Shown here piece after piece: positions 1 to 7,757 of a stretch of DNA of 15,853 bases (within the stretch, counting starts at the first letter, position 1; each line of letters begins with the position of its first letter). The translations under genes and the position numbers were made by a program. Location of the stretch: the IMG/VR virus record IMGVR_UViG_2693429700_000007; one strand, 5' to 3'. The notes under the pieces were generated by a model, which was given only the letters and a program-made list of their open reading frames with translations, did not search any database and was not told the origin of the DNA. This stretch comes from a virus. Lineage: Duplodnaviria; Heunggongvirae; Uroviricota; Caudoviricetes.

Positions 1-292
1 CCCGGCAGACCAGCCACCACGGCAAATCACTCTGCACCTGCAGCCGCCGGTCGGCCTCACTCAGCCAGGGCAGACCACCGGGGTGGCTGTGGACCAGCGC
101 CACAATCTCACCGTGCAGTGTTGCCTGCAGCCAGTCCTCCGGCGACATCCGGAAATAATCTTCCGGCTCACCGGAGATATTCACGCAGGGGAAATATCTT
201 TCCCCCTCCGACGTTCTCACCACGAAGCCGCACGACTCCGCTGGCGCACATCGCCGGGCGTGCGCCAGAATCGCTGATTCTGTCTCTGTCAT
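1..292 (-). CDS. K: Tail tip assembly protein K, N-terminal part (partial; runs off the left edge of the window)
   Basis: My own translation of the minus strand from the ATG at 292-290 (5 nt after the L stop) gives MTETESAILAHARRCAPAESCGFVVRTSEGERYFPCVNISGEPEDYFRMSPEDWLQATLHGEIVALVHSHPGGLPWLSEADRRLQ..., which contains a JAMM/MPN-like H-S-H-x7-S-x2-D motif as expected for lambda gpK. Position directly after L matches lambda gene order. No obvious Shine-Dalgarno, so the exact start is uncertain. Confidence 0.6.
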   Translation of the reverse strand, partial: MTETESAILAHARRCAPAESCGFVVRTSEGERYFPCVNISGEPEDYFRMSPEDWLQATLHGEIVALVHSHPGGLPWLSEADRRLQVQSDLPWWLVCR

Positions 293-297
293 GGGAT

Positions 298-996
298 TTA
301 CTGCGAAAGTTTGTTAATGGAAAGGAAGCCGCCAAAGTTGCCGACGTTATTGCGAAACTTACAGCCACTCAGGCATTTGCTACATTTATCCTTCGTGATA
401 TCGGACGTCGGCTGGTCATATTCATCCGCGACAGCCGGACCATTATAACCGCACTCATCACCGCGATAGGTCCAGGTGCAGGTGTTGGCCAGCATGATGC
501 GCCCCGGAAAAACGGCACCATCCGTTTCCGTCGGTGTGGACAACACAAAGGAGGCACTGACCGCGCTCAGTTCGCTGCACTGCTCAATGCGCCAGCGGCT
601 GATCACCTCCTGCTCCGGATCGGCGTCACTGTTTCCGTTGACGAAGTTCACCGCATCCAGAAAACGGGCGTAAACCTTACGCCTGACCACCGTTCCGCCG
701 ACCAGACTTTGCAGGTCTTCCGCCATCCCGGTGACCATGCCGTGCAGGTTAGAGACTTTCAGCGTTGGTCTTGCACTGGCTCCTTTGCCGTTCATCTCAA
801 AGCCGCTTCCCTGAATAGGGTACGCCTGATACTGTCGCCCCTGCCAGGTGACTGACTCACCTTTTTCGTTCTGCTCATTACAGAAAAAATAACGCTCGCC
901 ACCGACTTCGGTCAGATCGACTTCCCAGAGCACGACCAGTGCGGATTGCTCCGCTTTTGTACACTCATTCAGTGTTTCCTGTTGTATATCCTGCAT
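298..996 (-). CDS. L: Minor tail protein L (lambda gpL-like)
   Basis: 232-aa ORF with ATG start at 996-994 overlapping the M stop (ATGA). The translation (MQDIQQETLNECTKAEQSALVVLWEVDLTEVGGERYFFCNEQNEKGE...CSKCLSGCKFRNNVGNFGGFLSINKLSQ) matches lambda gpL as I recall it along its whole length, including the C-terminal Cys cluster. Confidence 0.9.
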   Translation of the reverse strand: MQDIQQETLNECTKAEQSALVVLWEVDLTEVGGERYFFCNEQNEKGESVTWQGRQYQAYPIQGSGFEMNGKGASARPTLKVSNLHGMVTGMAEDLQSLVGGTVVRRKVYARFLDAVNFVNGNSDADPEQEVISRWRIEQCSELSAVSASFVLSTPTETDGAVFPGRIMLANTCTWTYRGDECGYNGPAVADEYDQPTSDITKDKCSKCLSGCKFRNNVGNFGGFLSINKLSQ

Positions 997-1337
997 CAGT
1001 GAGTGACCTCTTCAAAGGTACAGTTAAAATCGGTATACATGGCATTATCCGAAGTACTCCACTCCCTGCAGACAACCCTGACAGTCCTGTTGTGTTTTGG
1101 CGGGCGCCACAAAAAAGCACGCATCCCGGCATGACGGGATAAAAAACTGTCCAGCGCGGCGCGGGAATATTCATCTGTGACACGAAATACCGGTTTAAAG
1201 GTTTTCAGATCCGCATTCAGACCACCAGCCCGTCGCTGTTCATATCCGTCACCGAACTTTACTGTAATAACAGATGGCTTTCGTGTCGTCTCCATCCCCT
1301 CGCGGGGGATCCAGTTAAAAACTTCAGACTCAGGCAC
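996..1337 (-). CDS. M: Minor tail protein M (lambda gpM-like)
   Basis: The ORF track reading frame 996..1382 opens with TTG. The likely start is GTG at 1337-1335, 7 nt after a GGAGGA Shine-Dalgarno and overlapping the tape-measure stop. Translation from there (MPESEVFNWIPREGMETTRKPSVITVKFGDGYEQRRAGGLNADLKTF...) aligns with lambda gpM (FRWKVKPGMD...VRFGDGYSQRAPAGLNANLKTY) from memory. An alternative ATG lies at 1295. Confidence 0.75.
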   Translation of the reverse strand: MPESEVFNWIPREGMETTRKPSVITVKFGDGYEQRRAGGLNADLKTFKPVFRVTDEYSRAALDSFLSRHAGMRAFLWRPPKHNRTVRVVCREWSTSDNAMYTDFNCTFEEVTH

Positions 1338-4300
1338 TGCATAATCCTCCGTCCCGACGTGATGACTGCATAATTGACACAACCCTGCTGTCGATCAGAT
1401 CCACCAGCCCCCTAGCTGACTGCGTATCTATCTCGCCATTGCTCCCTTTATTCTGAATACTGATGTGATACACGGGAGAATAAACAAATCCCCCGCCACC
1501 ATTCACATTGCCAATGGCTCTGACCCCAAGAGAGCCGTCCGCTGCCCGTGTCAGTGGCATGATAGCTTCAGGCCCGGCCTCGCCCATCAGCCCGGCACCT
1601 TTCGCAAAAGCAAAATACGTCGGTGTATCCACAATAGTGTTACTGTAAGCACTCAGATTTGCCGATGTGTAAACACCACCTTTTGCGTTTGCCACTGCAC
1701 CGGAAAGCCAGTCGCCGACCGTACCAAGCCATCCTCCGGCACCGGACATGCTTTTGGAAAGTGACTTCAGCCCGTTAACGATGGCAGCGTTCATCAGAAT
1801 TTTTGAAACTTCCTGGAGGATTGAACTCCCCCAGTTTCGCCAGTCCACAACATTTCCGGCCAGTGCATCGGAAATATTTGATACCAGCCCGTCCATAGTG
1901 GAAACGACAGCATCTGCCGCCTGCGAAGCATAATCGGTGGCACTGTCTGCCCAGTTCGTCAGCCCCTCCTGGAGTCCGGCATTCCAGTCACTGCGTAAAG
2001 CATCAGCCTTTGCATAATAATCCTGCTGATCGCTGAGACGCTCTTCCAGATATTTTTCATTCAGCGATTTTTCCTGTTTCCACAGGGCTTCTTCAATTTC
2101 TCCGGCCTGATACTGTCTCAGCAGCTCGTTATTTTTCTGCTCAAACGCCTGCCGGATACTCCACATTTCCTGGAGTCGTTCACGCATCCGTGAGCCTTCA
2201 CCATATCCCAGCAACTGCGCGTCGTCAGATGCCCGGGCGCTGGCATTACTGTCCGCCAGACTGCTTTCATACGCGGCAAGCTGCTCACGAATCTTTTTCT
2301 GGTCGATGAGTGCCGCATTCTGTAAAAGCGTTTTTTTCTGCGCTTCTGACAGGGTTGATAATTCGCCCTGACTGACCTGATATTTCATCTTAGCCAGTTC
2401 AGTATTCTGACCTGCCAGTGCTATTTGTTCTTTTTGCTGTTTAATCAGCCGTTTATAAATATCTTCTGTTTTTTCCGCTTCGGTCTTTTTATGCGCTTTG
2501 GGTTTATTTGCCTGGTTATTTCGCCAGGCATCCAGTGAGTTATTGATATAATTCTGTCTGGCTGTCTGATACGCCTCTCCCACAAAGCCGAGATCATCCG
2601 CAGCATAACCCAGTCGGGCACGCTCACGGGCTTCCCCCTTCAGGCGGGACAGAGCCAGTTCGCGCTCGCTGTTATTCAGTGCGGTCTGCTGTTTATCATC
2701 CAGGGTGGCCTGTGGCAGCCGTAACGGTACATTCACCAGCCCCTGTCGCTGCTGAAGTAATTCATTACCAAGCCCGAGAAGGCGATTAAACTCGGTATGC
2801 TGCCCATTCATGATCAACATGGACTGATACGCTTTGTTTTGTTCCGCTGCCTGTTGACGGAACAACGCAACCCGCCGCTCCTCCAGCCCGGCAAGCACAT
2901 CCTGAATGGATTGCGCTTTGCCCTGCATTTGAGTGAGGCGAGACTGTTCAACTGCCAGTTGATTTGTTGCTTCTGCAAGCCCTTCTGTGACAGTTTTTAC
3001 CGACGTCATGTGGTTAATCATAAAACCGTTATCGGTTGTCCAGCCCGGGTTTGCCAGCACATACTGATAGCCAGCAATTTTTTCCTGTAAGGATTTAATC
3101 TTACTTTTCTGCTCGTCAATTAACCTGTTCTGCTCCTTCAGTGCCTGCCGCGTCTTTTCCTCATTATCTGACGCTTCAGGAAGCGACATTGCCGACGTTT
3201 TCTGGCGAATTTCGTCGATTGTTGCGGCATACTGGCGTGCAGATTCTCTGGCCTGCTCCTGATTCTGATACATCGTGTACCAGGCCGTCGCCCCCAGCAT
3301 GACGAGTCCCGGCACACCACCAACCAAACCCAGCGCACCACTTAACAGACGACTCCCCACTGACGTGACAGTATTCAGCGTTGTCTGTGCCGCTGTTCTG
3401 GCCGTAATATTACGGGTAAGTGACGCCTGGGCAGCTGTCAGCTTCGCTTCTGCGGCTGCCTGCCTTTCGGTACCGCGAGCAGCAACAACCGCCTGTTGCG
3501 CACGATAAACCGCCGCACGCGCCCTGGCGGTTGCTATCTGTGTCCCCCGAAGTTGCGCTTCAGCAAGAGCCACTTCGTTTCTGGCTGCAGTAATTAATCC
3601 GGCAGTTGCAGATCCAGCAGAAGACGCCATATTGCCAAAATATCGGGCTACCCCGACGGCAACCAGAGCACCGGCAGCGGTTGCCACAGTGTCAATATTG
3701 CCTGCAATACCATTCAGCACACCAGAGAGCGTCTTTGTCACTCCGCTTGCCTCGTTCGCACCACCAACCCAGGCCATAAAGGCGTTTTCAACTTTGGTTG
3801 CAGAGGATGAAACCGTATCAGGCATTGCTGCATATTCATCACGCAACGCCCCAAGCTGACTAATCAGTGCAGGGACAACCTTATCGGCAGTCAGTTTTCC
3901 GTTATCCGCCATGGCCTTCAGATCCTTACGGGCAACACCCATTCCCGCAGCCAGCGCACGAATAACACGATCGCCGTTCTCATTCACAGAGTTAAATTCT
4001 TCACCACGCAGCACTCCCTGCGCCAGTGCCTGACTGAACTGCGTGATCACCGAACTGGCTTCTGCTGTACTGGCACCGGATAATTTCAGGCCCGTGGAGA
4101 TCGCCTCGGTGACTTTCAGTACCTCCTCAGAACTGTAGCCATACTCCCGCATGGAAGCTGCAGAACGGGCAAAAAGGCTGGCGTTATCAGAAAACGCCGT
4201 CCCCGTTCTCTGGCTGATCGCCATTAATTCACGCTGTGATGTCTGAAAATCATCACTGGACTGTGAGGCCTGCTTCAGACGGGCATTTACTGAATTCCAC

Positions 4301-4575
4301 TCATCGGCGAGAGAAATAAGATGACCGGTAGCAAAAGCCCCGGCAAATGCCCCCGCCATATTCAGTGCCGAAGATTTAGCTGTATTTATCTGATCCGTCA
4401 CTTCTGCCAGTGCACGCCGCATTTCACGGGATGCAGCAGCGGACTGCCGGCCTCCGTTCTGCATGGTACGGTAGTAATCCTGCCCCATACGCGAAGCCCG
4501 GGAGATCTCTGACTGGAATGACCGGGAATTTGCCGAGATTTTAATAATCAGTTCACGTAATGTCGCCACACTCAT
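1330..4575 (-). CDS. H: Tail tape measure protein
   Basis: 1081-aa ORF, Ala/Gln-rich with long predicted coiled-coil stretches and a Gly-rich hydrophobic central segment. It sits between the G/GT chaperone pair and gpM, the canonical tape-measure position. ATG at 4575-4573 with GGAG immediately upstream. Confidence 0.9.
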   Translation of the reverse strand: MSVATLRELIIKISANSRSFQSEISRASRMGQDYYRTMQNGGRQSAAASREMRRALAEVTDQINTAKSSALNMAGAFAGAFATGHLISLADEWNSVNARLKQASQSSDDFQTSQRELMAISQRTGTAFSDNASLFARSAASMREYGYSSEEVLKVTEAISTGLKLSGASTAEASSVITQFSQALAQGVLRGEEFNSVNENGDRVIRALAAGMGVARKDLKAMADNGKLTADKVVPALISQLGALRDEYAAMPDTVSSSATKVENAFMAWVGGANEASGVTKTLSGVLNGIAGNIDTVATAAGALVAVGVARYFGNMASSAGSATAGLITAARNEVALAEAQLRGTQIATARARAAVYRAQQAVVAARGTERQAAAEAKLTAAQASLTRNITARTAAQTTLNTVTSVGSRLLSGALGLVGGVPGLVMLGATAWYTMYQNQEQARESARQYAATIDEIRQKTSAMSLPEASDNEEKTRQALKEQNRLIDEQKSKIKSLQEKIAGYQYVLANPGWTTDNGFMINHMTSVKTVTEGLAEATNQLAVEQSRLTQMQGKAQSIQDVLAGLEERRVALFRQQAAEQNKAYQSMLIMNGQHTEFNRLLGLGNELLQQRQGLVNVPLRLPQATLDDKQQTALNNSERELALSRLKGEARERARLGYAADDLGFVGEAYQTARQNYINNSLDAWRNNQANKPKAHKKTEAEKTEDIYKRLIKQQKEQIALAGQNTELAKMKYQVSQGELSTLSEAQKKTLLQNAALIDQKKIREQLAAYESSLADSNASARASDDAQLLGYGEGSRMRERLQEMWSIRQAFEQKNNELLRQYQAGEIEEALWKQEKSLNEKYLEERLSDQQDYYAKADALRSDWNAGLQEGLTNWADSATDYASQAADAVVSTMDGLVSNISDALAGNVVDWRNWGSSILQEVSKILMNAAIVNGLKSLSKSMSGAGGWLGTVGDWLSGAVANAKGGVYTSANLSAYSNTIVDTPTYFAFAKGAGLMGEAGPEAIMPLTRAADGSLGVRAIGNVNGGGGFVYSPVYHISIQNKGSNGEIDTQSARGLVDLIDSRVVSIMQSSRRDGGLCSA

Positions 4576-4585
4576 TCTCCGGACG

Positions 4586-4606
4586 AAAAAAACCGCCGAA
4601 GCGGTT
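4586..4606 (-). terminator. Hairpin plus U-tract (intrinsic-terminator-like) immediately upstream of the tape measure start
   Basis: Minus strand reads AACCGC-UUCG-GCGGUU followed by UUUUU, then CGUCCGGAGA-AUG. That is a 6-bp stem with a UUCG tetraloop and a T-tract, lying between the T-frame stop (4615) and the tape-measure ATG (4575). Confidence 0.45.
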
Positions 4607-4614
4607 ATGTTGAC

Positions 4615-4926
4615 TCACTGAGACACTATTAAAAGCGCGTTTTCCAGTCCGGCAAATGGATCTGAGGCGCCTTCTGTCTGCTCTTGTTCCCACTGAAGAA
4701 GCGCATCATTCAGTGGTACTTTGACACCCTGCGCACCGTAAACCGCAGAAACTATCTGGGCAGCCCGGATATCAGCCCGCTCATCACCCAGCGGGCTGAA
4801 CCTGTCAAATTCTGCCCACATCATGATTTCTGATGCGGACATTTCCCGGCGTAACTCTGACAATGTGCGCCCCATCCTGAGCGCCAGCATCATCAGAAAA
4901 CGCATCCCCGGAAGCGCTACTTTTTT
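4615..4926 (-). CDS. T-like segment of the tail assembly chaperone, expressed only as a G-T fusion by -1 frameshifting (no independent start assumed)
   Basis: The open frame 4615..4905 (...MRFLMMLALRMGRTLSELRREMSASEIMMWAEF...) is in the -1 frame relative to the upstream G-like ORF and begins right at the slippery heptamer. This is the conserved G/GT arrangement of tailed phages. Confidence 0.7.
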   Translation of the reverse strand, partial: KKVALPGMRFLMMLALRMGRTLSELRREMSASEIMMWAEFDRFSPLGDERADIRAAQIVSAVYGAQGVKVPLNDALLQWEQEQTEGASDPFAGLENALLIVSQ

Positions 4927-5288
4927 TTAACCTCGCCGGCATCACTGATCAGTTCCAGAGACTGCCGAAGAAGCCGCGCATGCACCGGGCCATACACGGC
5001 AATCACCTGTTCACGATCATCCTCTGAAAATACAGGTTGCAGTCCGGTATCACACAGAACATCAATGAACAGTTCAACATCTGCCTCCAGATTTCGGCGG
5101 GCGCGCTCCGCAACGGATAACAGTGTCTCATCATCTTTTGCTTTAACGATCTCCTGCCAGCGCAACCAGGCTTCTGCAGAAGGTTCCCGTAATACAACCG
5201 TTGCCCCTTCCCATTCAGGCACATCAACGGTTTTATGGCGAAACCCCGACATCGTTGCCAGTGCCAGATTACGGATATTTTTAGTCAT
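4917..5288 (-). CDS. Tail assembly chaperone (lambda gpG-like)
   Basis: ORF ending ...DAGEVKKK* at the slippery site, placed between the major tail gene and the tape measure gene. Preferred start is ATG at 5288-5286, preceded by a GAGGA Shine-Dalgarno. An alternative ATG at 5303 overlaps the major tail stop but has no Shine-Dalgarno. Confidence 0.75.
   Translation of the reverse strand: MTKNIRNLALATMSGFRHKTVDVPEWEGATVVLREPSAEAWLRWQEIVKAKDDETLLSVAERARRNLEADVELFIDVLCDTGLQPVFSEDDREQVIAVYGPVHARLLRQSLELISDAGEVKKK
4920..4926 (-). other. Programmed -1 ribosomal frameshift slippery heptamer A_AAA_AAG
   Basis: Minus strand reads GGC GAG GUU AAA AAA AAG UAG in the G frame. A AAA AAG is a canonical X_XXY_YYZ slip site 1 codon before the G stop, and the -1 frame continues as V-A-L-P-G-M-R-F-L-M-M, which is the T-like ORF. 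Frames checked by hand. Confidence 0.8.
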
Positions 5289-5302
5289 CACATCTATCCT
5301 CA

Positions 5303-6007
5303 TTAACTGACGGTAACAGTGCAGGAAGTGGAGGTCACCTTGCTAACCGGGCTTGCTGAATCAGAAATCTCGCAGGTATACGCACCGGCATCACCGGATA
5401 CTGCGGATGCCTTACTGAACGTTGCCGCCGTCTGTCCGGAAACAGGAGAACCACCTTTCTTCCAGACATAAGAATAAGGCGGCACACCACCGGCAGCCTC
5501 AACCACCATTTCGAGTTTCGCTCCGGCAGAAACCTGCAGCGTGCTGTTTAAATCGACCTTCACTTTCAGTGGCTCTGTCGTCAGTACAGGTTTACCTTTC
5601 AGGCGCAGGGAAAACGTTGCAGCCACAACTCCATTGGTTCCTGCAGACCAGGTATGCTGACGCACCTCTGCCATAAAGGTAAATCCGTTGCCTGACGGAA
5701 AAATAACTTTAAAGCCATACGTGGTGTCATTGTCATAGGCACTGCGCAACGCGTTCTGGGCAGCATTCAGATAAAAGTTGCCTGACATGGAAATCTCTGA
5801 CGCGGCACCAAGACCGTTAATATTTTCCTGCTCAACAGAACACAGCGTGGTGACATCAATATCCTGTTTCTGCCCGGCGGTAAACTGAACCTCTTTAATC
5901 GTACAGCTCAGTTCAAGAAAACTGGCAGAACTCAGCGTTTCTGCCGTTACCGGTGCAGACGAGATCATGACTTTGGTCTGCTGAGAACGTTCAAAATTAG
6001 AGGACAT
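5303..6007 (-). CDS. Major tail protein with C-terminal Ig-like domain
   Basis: 234-aa ORF, ATG at 6007-6005 with AGGAGA 6 nt upstream. The C-terminal ~80 aa (…GGVPPYSYVWKKGGSPVSGQTAATF…AGAYTCEISDSASPV…) looks like an Ig-like fold, as in lambda gpV. Sits directly upstream of the G/GT chaperones. Confidence 0.75.
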   Translation of the reverse strand: MSSNFERSQQTKVMISSAPVTAETLSSASFLELSCTIKEVQFTAGQKQDIDVTTLCSVEQENINGLGAASEISMSGNFYLNAAQNALRSAYDNDTTYGFKVIFPSGNGFTFMAEVRQHTWSAGTNGVVAATFSLRLKGKPVLTTEPLKVKVDLNSTLQVSAGAKLEMVVEAAGGVPPYSYVWKKGGSPVSGQTAATFSKASAVSGDAGAYTCEISDSASPVSKVTSTSCTVTVS

Positions 6008-6020
6008 ACTCGTCTCCTGA

Positions 6021-6046
6021 AAATAAAAAAACCCGCCAGCGGCGGG
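6021..6046 (-). terminator. Strong intrinsic-terminator-like hairpin plus U8 tract between the DUF3168-like gene and the major tail gene
   Basis: Minus strand reads CCCGCC-GCU-GGCGGG followed by UUUUUUUUAUUUU, then CAGGAGACGAGU-AUG. The stem is 6-7 bp, all G:C, and is followed immediately by the major tail Shine-Dalgarno and start. Confidence 0.6.
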
Positions 6047-6067
6047 TGGGTAAAATCATTAACGACC

Positions 6068-6412
6068 TCAGGCTATTACCTGAAATTCAAGCGTGGCTCT
6101 GCTCAGACGGGAATCAGGATCATAACCCTGCGTTTTAGAAATAACGGAGGGTGCCAGTTGCCTTACCGCATCAAGCGCCTGCTCACGGATATCATCTGCG
6201 TCATCAGGTACTGTCGCCCAGACATCGATCTGCACGGTAATTCTGGATTCAGCCTGACCATCAAGCACATCAGATGCCGTGTCAGACACCACAGAAAACA
6301 CCAGCCACGGCGGAGATACCGCAGGCTTTCCCTCCGTCAGCAGGACCACATAAGGATAAACCTGTCCTCCGGCCAGTTGAGACAGCAGGGAATACAGTGT
6401 GGCCTCTCTCAT
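6068..6412 (-). CDS. Tail terminator / tail completion protein (DUF3168-like; family call tentative)
   Basis: 114-aa ORF, ATG at 6412-6410 overlapping the upstream stop (ATGA). It is the last small gene before the major tail protein, the expected position of a tail terminator in HK97-like clusters. Family is assigned by position and size only. Confidence 0.5.
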   Translation of the reverse strand: MREATLYSLLSQLAGGQVYPYVVLLTEGKPAVSPPWLVFSVVSDTASDVLDGQAESRITVQIDVWATVPDDADDIREQALDAVRQLAPSVISKTQGYDPDSRLSRATLEFQVIA

Positions 6413-6855
6413 TTACTTAAGACCTCATCAATAGCCTGATTCATTCGCTGTATGGCAATCTGTGCTGCCAGTTCCTCTGTCGTATCGAAAGCCGGGCGAA
6501 TGAACGGATGCGCGGGCATGTTTATCGTTCCCAGCTCCACAAAGCGCCAGTAAAACGCATTTCGGGGATCACTGGCTTTCATGCTGTTATCACTGTTTCC
6601 GGTTCGCAGGTTCCGTCCGCGAATGTGGACACCCGAGATAATTTCCCCCCGACGCTTTGAACGCTGAGTGAGAACAACCACATTTTTTTTCAGTTTTCCG
6701 GTTCGCTCCGGCGCACGTTCAACAACAGCATCCCGCATAACTTCAGCACCGGCACGGGTGGCATCGCGCAGTACCTTATTATTTTCTGCCCTGCTGAGCG
6801 TCTCCAGATCCCGTGCAATATCCGCCAGACCTGAAAAATCAAGACTGAAATCCAT
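6409..6855 (-). CDS. HK97 gp10-family head-tail joining (neck) protein
   Basis: ATG at 6855-6853 overlaps the upstream TGA (the track ORF opens with GTG at 6858). The motif ...NMPAHPFIRPA... and ~148-aa size fit my recollection of the HK97 gp10-like family. Translationally coupled to neighbours on both sides. Confidence 0.55.
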   Translation of the reverse strand: MDFSLDFSGLADIARDLETLSRAENNKVLRDATRAGAEVMRDAVVERAPERTGKLKKNVVVLTQRSKRRGEIISGVHIRGRNLRTGNSDNSMKASDPRNAFYWRFVELGTINMPAHPFIRPAFDTTEELAAQIAIQRMNQAIDEVLSK

Positions 6856-7193
6856 CACACATTCCCCTTCTGAGAACAGAGTATCTCAAGCCGGGTGGCA
6901 CGGGCATCCGGTATCGGCGGACCGTCTATACTCAGAATCGCGCCTTTGAATGCACCAGTCAGCACTTTCAGACATGAAGTTGCTGTCACATCTCGCCGGA
7001 ATCTCATCCAGACCCTCACTGTAGCCTGAGCAGTTTCTGCGCCTCCGGATATTCTCTCCCTGCCACTGATCCCCTTAACTTCTGCCCATATGGTTGCCCC
7101 CTCCGTCATTGTTTCCACAGGGTGCCCTGATGGAGACCGAACGGTGGTGGCATTCAGAATAACCACACGATCACGTAATCTTCCTGCCTGCAT
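6855..7193 (-). CDS. Head closure / head-tail joining protein
   Basis: 112-aa ORF, ATG at 7193-7191 with AGGAGG 5 nt upstream. N-terminus ...RLRDRVVIL... and its place as the second gene after the connector fit a head-closure protein. Confidence 0.55.
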   Translation of the reverse strand: MQAGRLRDRVVILNATTVRSPSGHPVETMTEGATIWAEVKGISGRERISGGAETAQATVRVWMRFRRDVTATSCLKVLTGAFKGAILSIDGPPIPDARATRLEILCSQKGNV

Positions 7194-7201
7194 GAATCCT
7201 C

Positions 7202-7507
7202 CTATGTTCCGGGATGAAACCGATACATCCGCAGTCCGGTATAGAAAAAATCAGGCACTGCATCCTGCATTTCCCTGTTCTCGTACCAGTAGCCAACCAG
7301 TTGCATAAGACGCAGCTTTATCAGAGGTGTTATTACAAGCCCGGTCGTATCCTGCTCAGAAACAGTTTCATCGTAAAGCGTCCGGTTTAAAAACTTTTCA
7401 GCCTCTTCCCTGGCAGCAGCCAGATACATCATAAGAAGAGAATTCTCCTGTTCATTGTCATCATCAATCCGGCACTGAACACGAAGCTCTTCCAGAGTGG
7501 GCATCAT
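7202..7507 (-). CDS. Head-tail connector (adaptor) protein, gp6-like
   Basis: 101-aa ORF with tandem ATG start. N-terminus ...PTLEELRVQCRIDDDNEQENSLLMMYLAAAREEAEKFLNRTLY... matches the pattern I recall for gp6-like connector proteins. Lies downstream of the capsid gene. Confidence 0.6.
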   Translation of the reverse strand: MMPTLEELRVQCRIDDDNEQENSLLMMYLAAAREEAEKFLNRTLYDETVSEQDTTGLVITPLIKLRLMQLVGYWYENREMQDAVPDFFYTGLRMYRFHPGT

Positions 7508-7518
7508 TTGGGCAACCT

Positions 7519-7707
7519 CTATGAATGCTGTTTTTTAGACTTATCAGCCCCCCGCGCAACAGGTGTTCTCTTATCAGAGACAATCCCAGCTGCAGTGGCA
7601 ATTTCGCGTACCCGTTCGGGTAATTCTTTATCTTCATACTCACCGGCCCGAATAATCTCAACACGCATACCGTCCGGTGACCATTTCAGATCTTGTTTCA
7701 GGATCAT
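7519..7707 (-). CDS. Small hypothetical protein (62 aa) between the capsid and connector genes
   Basis: ATG at 7707-7705 with AGGTGA ~9 nt upstream; ends 12 nt before the connector start. Charged and hydrophilic (…KELPERVREIATAAGIVSDKRTPVARGADKSKKQHS). Function unknown. Confidence 0.5.
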   Translation of the reverse strand: MILKQDLKWSPDGMRVEIIRAGEYEDKELPERVREIATAAGIVSDKRTPVARGADKSKKQHS

Positions 7708-7729
7708 GATTCTTTCACCTGTCAGAACA

Positions 7730-7749
7730 GGGGCGCACTTCTGCGCCCC
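7730..7749 (-). other. Perfect 8-bp G:C-rich hairpin just downstream of the major capsid gene
   Basis: GGGGCGCA-cttc-TGCGCCCC (8-bp stem, 4-nt loop) lies 9 nt after the capsid stop. There is no clean U-tract after it on the coding (minus) strand, so it is more likely an RNA-stability or attenuation element than a full terminator. Confidence 0.5.
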
Positions 7750-7757
7750 CTGAATGA

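Noticed and set aside
168-368. 66-aa minus-strand ORF overlapping the L/K junction
   Set aside because: It is in a different frame from the K reading frame, which carries the JAMM motif, and it overlaps the end of L. It has no support beyond being open.
118-855. 245-aa plus-strand ORF
   Set aside because: It lies entirely antisense to the well-supported L and K genes and has low-complexity, Arg/Pro-rich composition typical of the antisense frame of a GC-rich gene.
1296-1382. TTG-initiated N-terminal extension of M, and a 27-codon alternative-frame ATG ORF with a GGAGGA Shine-Dalgarno at the tape measure/M junction
   Set aside because: The TTG extension overlaps the tape measure 3' end more than is needed, and the alternative-frame ORF is short with a lambda-incompatible product. 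The GGAGGA Shine-Dalgarno is better explained as serving the GTG start of M.
4591-4606. Interpreting the hairpin before the tape measure gene as the frameshift stimulatory structure
   Set aside because: It lies about 315 nt downstream of the slippery site, beyond the T-frame stop, which is far too distant to stimulate frameshifting at 4920-4926.
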